This document shows, piece after piece, positions 46,360 through 52,479 of a DNA stretch of 52,479 nt (position 1 is the first letter of the stretch; every line of letters begins with the position of its first letter). Source of the stretch: a bacterium (GTDB lineage Bacteria; JAMOTN01); NCBI GenBank assembly GCA_027062325.1, contig JAMOTN010000014.1, forward strand, positions 1 through 52,479, written 5' to 3'. Position numbers and translations under genes: made by a program. The notes beneath the pieces are model-generated. The model worked only from the letters and a program-made list of their open reading frames with translations, had not been told where the DNA came from and did no database searches.

Positions 46360-47712
46360 CTACTCCACCCCAAAAACTCTTCTCAAATAAAGTCCTAATG
46401 GATCTGAGAAGTCAAGTTTCAAAATATCCTCACTTGAATTCGTATTTATCCACTTCAATAAAGCATTCTCAACGCTAGCGGTAAACCTATCTTTAGCCTG
46501 AGTTCTATAAAACTTCATATAAAATTCAGGTAGCAAGAGAGTCTCATAAGTAGTATTCCACCATTCTATCAAAGCCTCCTTTTGAAATTGAGACAACCAC
46601 ATCCAACTCATCTTTTTACCCATCAAATTCTCAACTTCCTCAAGTTTTTCAAAAGAATCCACAAATAGTATAATTTCAGAGCTACGTTCTTTAACCAGCA
46701 AGTCGTAAACTTCCTCGTACATGTCAGCATTTATACAAGCTCTTATATAATAAGCTTTCATCTTATCCTTCAAGTTAAGCTCCTTCAAAGTTTTTACCAC
46801 TAAACGTGGCTTAGACTCAACAAAATCCCATATAAGAGAATTCTGATGATTTAAAAGAGCAACTATAAATGCCCTTCTATTATCATCATTTAAAAGTGCC
46901 ATAAAAAACTCCTTTTTCCATCCTGAAAGAAGCTCTATAAATTTTTCCTTATTTTCTGGAGATAAGCTATTAAAAACTCTCAAAAGATATGAAGGAGGAT
47001 ACATAGCTATCTTATTCTTTAACCAATCAAACTTTCCAGCTTCGAACAGCAAGGCTAAATAACGGTAACTTCCAACAGCTCCAAATTTTTCAAGAACTCG
47101 TATCGCCTCATCGTATTCACCTTTTTCCTCCAAATAACTCACGTAATCCTCGAAATTATTGATACTTAAATTTTTTCTCATACAATCTTCGTTTTGAGAG
47201 TAGTAGCAATAGTAAAAGAGAGCATCTCCTTTTAAACCCTTAGGCGGTAATCCAGCCTTATAAAAAATATACGCAACATCTTTTGGAGCTCCCTGAACAT
47301 AGGAAGAAGTTTCATTAAAATGTTTTTTTAAATATTTTTCCACAAAATTCCAATCGTAGCTTGCTATCTTAATCAAATCAGAAACCGTTAGCTTAGCATC
47401 CTTTAGCCACAACCTAGCTTCCTGAGTTGCCCCTATTTTATAACATATAACAGCAGCATCAACAGAAACTCTAGAAACTTCTATCTTCTCCTTTGAAAAC
47501 TCTGTAACCAAACGTTTATAAACCTCTAGAGCCGCTCGTGGATCAAATTCTGAAAGTCTTCGAGCATATTTTAATCCAACATTTGGATCATTTGTTATAA
47601 GCCACTTTTGATAAAGTTCTGTAAGCTCACTTTCTCCAATCCCCGCTGCATAACCCCAAATATAAAAGCATAAACAGATTAAAATTATTAAGATCAGCTT
47701 ATTAAACTTCAT
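46360..47712 (-). CDS. Exported helical/TPR-like hypothetical protein
   Basis: Signal peptide MKFNKLILIILICLCFYIWGYA; YLEEKGEYDEAIRVLE. Confidence 0.7.
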   Translation of the reverse strand: MKFNKLILIILICLCFYIWGYAAGIGESELTELYQKWLITNDPNVGLKYARRLSEFDPRAALEVYKRLVTEFSKEKIEVSRVSVDAAVICYKIGATQEARLWLKDAKLTVSDLIKIASYDWNFVEKYLKKHFNETSSYVQGAPKDVAYIFYKAGLPPKGLKGDALFYYCYYSQNEDCMRKNLSINNFEDYVSYLEEKGEYDEAIRVLEKFGAVGSYRYLALLFEAGKFDWLKNKIAMYPPSYLLRVFNSLSPENKEKFIELLSGWKKEFFMALLNDDNRRAFIVALLNHQNSLIWDFVESKPRLVVKTLKELNLKDKMKAYYIRACINADMYEEVYDLLVKERSSEIILFVDSFEKLEEVENLMGKKMSWMWLSQFQKEALIEWWNTTYETLLLPEFYMKFYRTQAKDRFTASVENALLKWINTNSSEDILKLDFSDPLGLYLRRVFGVE

Positions 47713-47732
47713 GTTCATTACCCACCAATATA

Positions 47733-49139
47733 TCACTTTGAACATTTAGAAGGTATTAAAAGTTTTTGTCCAACCTCTATCCTATCATCTCTCAACCCAT
47801 TTGCTCTTTTAATACAACGCCAATCTACACCAAATTTCTTACTAATTCTAAAAAGCGTATCACCTTTTTTAACAACATACCAGCGCTTTTGAATTTTAGG
47901 TGATGGGGAAGTAGTCTTGAGACTAGTTTTTCGATATTGGCTGACACGAGAAACTTTTAACGAATCAGAAACTTCACCCTCTATTGCTCTTTTCCCTGTA
48001 ACATTTTTACTCAATACATACCATTTACGAGTCTTTTTTAGAGTCTGAACTGTCCTATCTTCAAAAGCATACTCTTTTTTCATCTCTTTAATAGTTTCAA
48101 ATATAGCCATCGCAAGTTGCATTTTATAAAACCTATCAAATAGCAACTTTCTATCTTCTGTATTCGTTATAAAACCAATCTCTAACAAAACCGAAGGCTT
48201 TACAAGATTCGTTAGAACTGTTAACAGCGCACTCTTAACTTTTCTAACAATAAGCCCCCTTTTTTTCAATTTCATAAACAATTTTGATGCAAATTGAGCA
48301 CTTTTTCTTATGAACTCCTTTTTCTTCAAATCTATTACCAAACCCTCTGGTTCACCAATAACTCCAAGAGTATCCTGCATATTCTCACGGGCAACAAGCT
48401 GAACATCCAACCAATCCTTGGAAGGTTCAGGCGATAAATAAAATATCTCTATTCCACGAACTTTTTTATCTCTGCATGAATTTACATGTATGCTTAAGAA
48501 AAAATCAGGACGCGCTTGCCAAACAAGTTCTACTCTCTCCCGCAATGATAAATAGTAATCATCACTCCTCGTTAATACCACCCCAATTCCATTTTTCTTC
48601 AAGTAAGAAGCTATATACTTAGCCACATCTAAAACTACATCTTTCTCTTTTATTCCCTTCCAAACAACTCCCGGATCCTTACCACCGTGACCTGGATCCA
48701 ACATTACTACCGTCTTTCCTGCTTCCTTGTAGCGCCTCACAACCTCTGCAATCGCCCTAGCGTAGGCCATGAAGCTGCGTGTGAAGAATACTACTTCCAA
48801 AGTTTTCTTATCCTTGGACATAAGGACACGAGTATAAACCGTATCTGAAAATTGAAAGACTGTAAAGTTTGTGAAGACTTTTACTTCAGGTAACTCGTAA
48901 TTTGGAAGCATTCTGGTCTTATTTACAATCTTTTCTATCTTTTCTGGAATACGCAAAATAAACGTTTTACTCCCTTTTTCAAAAAAGTAAGACTTAACAG
49001 GTTTGTCAAATCTTATAACAAAAATCCAAGATGAATAGCCGGCAAGCCAGCGGGCAGTTGCCGCTGTAACCTGCCGGCCACCTATGAGTACCAGTAATCC
49101 TAAAAATAATAAGAACAACTTCCTCCTAAAAAGGATCAC
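47733..49139 (-). CDS. N-acetylmuramoyl-L-alanine amidase (Amidase_3) with C-terminal LysM
   Basis: LDPGHGGKDPG, EKD, LTRSDD, LSIHVN, SVLLEIGFITN; LysM YVVKKGDTLFRISKKFGV. Confidence 0.93.
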   Translation of the reverse strand: MILFRRKLFLLFLGLLVLIGGRQVTAATARWLAGYSSWIFVIRFDKPVKSYFFEKGSKTFILRIPEKIEKIVNKTRMLPNYELPEVKVFTNFTVFQFSDTVYTRVLMSKDKKTLEVVFFTRSFMAYARAIAEVVRRYKEAGKTVVMLDPGHGGKDPGVVWKGIKEKDVVLDVAKYIASYLKKNGIGVVLTRSDDYYLSLRERVELVWQARPDFFLSIHVNSCRDKKVRGIEIFYLSPEPSKDWLDVQLVARENMQDTLGVIGEPEGLVIDLKKKEFIRKSAQFASKLFMKLKKRGLIVRKVKSALLTVLTNLVKPSVLLEIGFITNTEDRKLLFDRFYKMQLAMAIFETIKEMKKEYAFEDRTVQTLKKTRKWYVLSKNVTGKRAIEGEVSDSLKVSRVSQYRKTSLKTTSPSPKIQKRWYVVKKGDTLFRISKKFGVDWRCIKRANGLRDDRIEVGQKLLIPSKCSK

Positions 49140-49141
49140 CC

Positions 49142-50074
49142 TTACTCTTCACCACACCTTTTCAAAAGCTGATGCCACTTCCTATCAACATCTTCCTGAA
49201 TTTGACGCAATAATTCATCCTTATCTTCTCTCTTGAATATGTGGGAGAAGCGTCCTTGCAATTTTAACCACTCTTCAACGGGCTTCTTTTCACGTGGTTT
49301 ATAAAGAAGCCTCCACTCTCCGTTATCTACCTCATACATTGGCCAAACACAAGTTTCAACCGCAAGGCGTGATATCTCTATTCCCAAGGATGGATCAAAT
49401 TTCCAACCTGTTGTACAAGGCATATATACGTTTATGAACGAAGGACCATCTGCTTCAAGAGCTTTCTCAACCGCTTTTATAAGCTGATTTGGATAACCAA
49501 GAGCAACTTGCGCTACATACGGAATATCATGAGCTGCTACTATTGAAGTCAAATCTTTCCTCATCTGAGGCTTTCCTGGAATCTTCTTACCTGCAGGAGA
49601 TGTAGTCGTAGCCGCCCAACGAGGCGTAGCTCCACTCCTTTGAATTCCCGTATTCATGTAAGCATCATTATTGTAACAGACATACAAAAACCTATGCCCA
49701 CGCTCGAGTGCTCCAGAGAGAGACTGCAACCCTATGTCATAAGTTCCTCCATCTCCACCAAACGCTATAAAGCGAATTTCCTTATCAACCTTTCCTTTTT
49801 CTTTGAGAGCACGGTAAGCAGCCTCAGCACCAGAAATTGTGGCAGCAGCATTTTCAAACGCATTGTGAATAAATGGAACAGTCCATGCAGTATCCGGATA
49901 TATGGTAGTCGCAACTTCCAAACATCCAGTTGCAGCACCAACAACAACATGATACTTATTGAGAGCTGTGAGGAGGACCTGGCGCACAATAGTTCCCGCC
50001 GTACATCCAGCGCATAACCTGTGTCCGCTCGCCAAACCCTCTTTTGCCTTGCTCAAATCCCTTATAGTAGTCAT
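49142..50074 (-). CDS. porB: Pyruvate:ferredoxin oxidoreductase beta subunit
   Basis: GHRLCAGC, TGCLEV, GGDGGTYDIG, YMNTGIQRS, PCTTGW. Confidence 0.94.
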   Translation of the reverse strand: MTTIRDLSKAKEGLASGHRLCAGCTAGTIVRQVLLTALNKYHVVVGAATGCLEVATTIYPDTAWTVPFIHNAFENAAATISGAEAAYRALKEKGKVDKEIRFIAFGGDGGTYDIGLQSLSGALERGHRFLYVCYNNDAYMNTGIQRSGATPRWAATTTSPAGKKIPGKPQMRKDLTSIVAAHDIPYVAQVALGYPNQLIKAVEKALEADGPSFINVYMPCTTGWKFDPSLGIEISRLAVETCVWPMYEVDNGEWRLLYKPREKKPVEEWLKLQGRFSHIFKREDKDELLRQIQEDVDRKWHQLLKRCGEE

Positions 50075-50106
50075 GATTTTTCCCCCCTTTACACCAAACC
50101 TCAAGA

Positions 50107-51267
50107 TTATTCTCTTACATTGAGCATTTCAAAGTGCCCGTGTCTTCCTTCCTTAGCAACATCAATCGCATGCTTTATGTTATCAGTAGTAATATCCCTT
50201 CCTCCAAGTCCGTAAATAAATGAAGATACAGGCGTATCGCTTGCGGTAGCTCCCGCCAAGTAAAGAGCAGACTGAATCTCTATCGAAAGAGGACCTGCCT
50301 GAGCCCCAAAGCTCATAGCCCTGTCAAGAACCGCAACTTTTTTACCCTTCAAAATTTCTGCTATTTCAGCAGCAGGGAATGGACGGAACAAACGAGGTTT
50401 CAATAAACCAACTTTTTCTCCCTTACTGCGAAGTTCATCAATTACAGCCTTAGTAGTTCCAGCAGCAGAGTTCATCACAACAACCACAACCTCTGCATCA
50501 TCTGTCATGTAAGCCTCAAACAAACCATACTTACGGCCAAACTTCTTGCCAAATTCCTCTCCAATTTTTAACACAACATCTTTTGCCTTCGGCATATCAA
50601 CTATCTGCTGTGCCTTGTGCTCAAAATAGTAGTCAAATAGATCAAGTGGACCAACAGTTATAGGGTTATCCACATCCAATATGCTGTAAGCAGGTTTGTA
50701 TTCTCCTATGAACTCGCGAACCTCTTTATCCTCAAGAACATCCAACACTTCTACAGAGTGAGAGGTAATAAATCCATCTTGACAAACCATTACAGGAAAG
50801 CGAGCTTCTTCTGCGATTCTCACTGCTTGAATCAAGTTATCGTAAGTCTCCTGAGCACTTTCTGAATAAATCTGAATCCATCCAGAATCACGCGCTCCCA
50901 TACTATCCGAATGATCACAATGTATGTTGATTGGTGCAGATAGAGCACGATTAACAACAGTCATAACTATGGGAAGCCTCAAAGAAGCTGCAATGTAGAG
51001 AATCTCCCACATAAGAGCCAATCCATTCGCACTCGTAGCAGTCATAGTGCGAGCTCCAGAAGCAGCTGCTCCAACAACTGCGCTCATTGCAGAGTGCTCA
51101 CTCTCAACAGTGACAAATACAGTATCAACCTCACCGTTATGCACGTACTGAGAAAATGTCTGAACAATTTGTGTTTGCGGAGTTATAGGATAAGCTGCCA
51201 CCACATCAGGATTTATCTGCTTCATTGCGAGGGCAGCAGCATCATTTCCAGTTATAGCAACTCTCAT
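50107..51267 (-). CDS. porA: Pyruvate:ferredoxin oxidoreductase alpha subunit
   Basis: AAYPITPQT, VESEHSAMS, NRALSAPINIH, DGFITSH, GLGGRD. Confidence 0.94.
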   Translation of the reverse strand: MRVAITGNDAAALAMKQINPDVVAAYPITPQTQIVQTFSQYVHNGEVDTVFVTVESEHSAMSAVVGAAASGARTMTATSANGLALMWEILYIAASLRLPIVMTVVNRALSAPINIHCDHSDSMGARDSGWIQIYSESAQETYDNLIQAVRIAEEARFPVMVCQDGFITSHSVEVLDVLEDKEVREFIGEYKPAYSILDVDNPITVGPLDLFDYYFEHKAQQIVDMPKAKDVVLKIGEEFGKKFGRKYGLFEAYMTDDAEVVVVVMNSAAGTTKAVIDELRSKGEKVGLLKPRLFRPFPAAEIAEILKGKKVAVLDRAMSFGAQAGPLSIEIQSALYLAGATASDTPVSSFIYGLGGRDITTDNIKHAIDVAKEGRHGHFEMLNVRE

Positions 51268-51303
51268 CTTTTTCCCCTCCTTTACCCGTTTTGCACGTGT
51301 TTA

Positions 51304-51597
51304 CTATTCTTTTTCAGGAACAAGCTCCAAAGCCTTATTTCCTTTCTTCCCTGGGCACTCATGAACACATATTCCACAACCTTTACAGTAGTCGTAATTT
51401 ATTCCTTTCATCTTACCATCCTCTATAATTATTGCGGAATCAGGACAGTACCACCAACAAAAAAGGCAGTTTATACAGTTTTCCTCGTGAAATATTGGTT
51501 TCATTGAACGCCAACTTCCAGTCTTATTTTGAATAGAAGTTGGAGCGTTAAGAATTAAACCTGCATCAGGTATCTCTTTATATCCCTTTAAACTCAT
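51304..51597 (-). CDS. porD: Pyruvate:ferredoxin oxidoreductase delta subunit, 2x[4Fe-4S]
   Basis: KTGSWR; CINCLFCWWYCP; CKGCGICVHECP. Confidence 0.93.
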   Translation of the reverse strand: MSLKGYKEIPDAGLILNAPTSIQNKTGSWRSMKPIFHEENCINCLFCWWYCPDSAIIIEDGKMKGINYDYCKGCGICVHECPGKKGNKALELVPEKE

Positions 51598-52142
51598 CTC
51601 TTTGACACCTCCTCATAAGCTCTATCCATAGCCTTCAAGTTAGCCTCTATCTTAGGAATGCCAAACTCACGTGCAGCCTCCTTTACTACATCAAGCTCTA
51701 CAACCTCAAGTGCCTTTACAACTGCTGCAAGCATTGGCATATTTGTAATTTCTCTCCCCAGCTCATCCATAGCAATCCTTGAAGCATCAACAGTCCAAAG
51801 CTGAATGTCATCTCTTCCAAGAAGCTTTTTTAACTTATCCACATCATCCTGCCAGTTTACTATGACAACTCCCCCATTCTTCAATCCCTCTGTGACGTTA
51901 ACAGCCGTTACCAAAGTTGGATCTATCACTACAACAACATCTGGCTCATAAACCTGAGAGTGAATCACTATGGGCTTGTCATCTATCCTATCAAAAGCTT
52001 TAACAGGAGCACCTCTTCTCTCTGGTCCATACTCAGGAAAAGCCTGAACATACTTCCCAGCTTTAACAATTGCTTTTGCCAACACTTTAGCCGCAGTGAC
52101 CGCTCCCTGTCCACCACGACCGTGCCATCTGATCTCTAACAC
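51594..52142 (-). CDS. porC: Pyruvate:ferredoxin oxidoreductase gamma subunit
   Basis: EIRWHGRGGQGAVTAA, QAFPEYGPERRGAPV. Confidence 0.94.
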   Translation of the reverse strand: MLEIRWHGRGGQGAVTAAKVLAKAIVKAGKYVQAFPEYGPERRGAPVKAFDRIDDKPIVIHSQVYEPDVVVVIDPTLVTAVNVTEGLKNGGVVIVNWQDDVDKLKKLLGRDDIQLWTVDASRIAMDELGREITNMPMLAAVVKALEVVELDVVKEAAREFGIPKIEANLKAMDRAYEEVSKR

Positions 52143-52171
52143 AACTTATCCCCCCTTTACCACGATAAAAC

Positions 52172-52479
52172 TCACTTACGCCCAAAACCGAACTTCATTC
52201 GGCAAGTAGTCTTCTTTTCAATCTCCTTTTTATAGTATTTTACTTTATAAACTCCACTTCTTGTAGCAACGTAAACCTCGTTTGAAGAGGCAACCTCAAT
52301 ATCAATAATTCTTTCCCTTATTCTATCAAACCTCTTGACCCACTTCTTGCCATCAAACATACAAAGTCCTTTAGAAGTACCTATCCAAACGCGGCCAGCA
52401 TCATCACTAGCAACGTCTGTAGTCCAACCAGTAGGTAGCGGACTATTCCCCTCAACATTCCGATAACTCAACTTTCCTG
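52172..52479 (-). CDS. C-terminal fragment of a beta-propeller (two-component-regulator-propeller-like) protein
   Basis: LPTGWTTDVASDDAGRVWIGTSKGLCMFDGKKW; frame open to the window edge. Confidence 0.72.
   Translation of the reverse strand, partial: GKLSYRNVEGNSPLPTGWTTDVASDDAGRVWIGTSKGLCMFDGKKWVKRFDRIRERIIDIEVASSNEVYVATRSGVYKVKYYKKEIEKKTTCRMKFGFGRK

Noticed and set aside
39895-49139. SLT and amidase as prophage lysis genes
   Set aside because: Both have signal peptides and a cellular context; no phage structural, holin or integrase genes.

Overview
Gene-dense, AT-rich chromosomal window from a bacterium that is probably anaerobic (four-subunit POR) and diderm (LptF/G permease). It has peptidoglycan enzymes and flagellar rod genes, may be thermophilic, and its phylum cannot be assigned from the sequence. 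Genes run mostly + from 4.8 to 39.9 kb and entirely - from 52.5 to 39.9 kb. Recognisable genes are flgBC, an MntA/HepT toxin-antitoxin pair, a COG2403 P-loop protein with carbamate kinase and ornithine carbamoyltransferase, rpmB, panB, a clostripain lipoprotein, thrS, dus, a MATE pump, membrane PPase, an orphan C5 methyltransferase, an ispE-like kinase, ssb, an OPT transporter, ahcY, an HD-GYP protein, an SLT, thiT, an amidase and porCDAB. There are also three HEAT-repeat proteins and four prepilin-type genes. No rRNA, tRNA, CRISPR array, transposase or integrase was seen. The strongest leads are: (1) an arginine-synthetase (ArcE)-type arginine catabolic cluster with no deiminase; (2) a 34-aa hydrophobic ORF missing from the ORF track, whose SD and start codon are sequestered as in type I toxins; (3) a tandem Myb-like HTH protein fused to a PcrA-CTD-like Tudor domain, a candidate RNAP-binding regulator; (4) an archaeal-looking C5-MTase plus SPOUT-like gene pair; (5) a palindrome and repeat array upstream of an archaeal-type ATPase. 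All assignments come from motif recognition by eye, and no searches were run.
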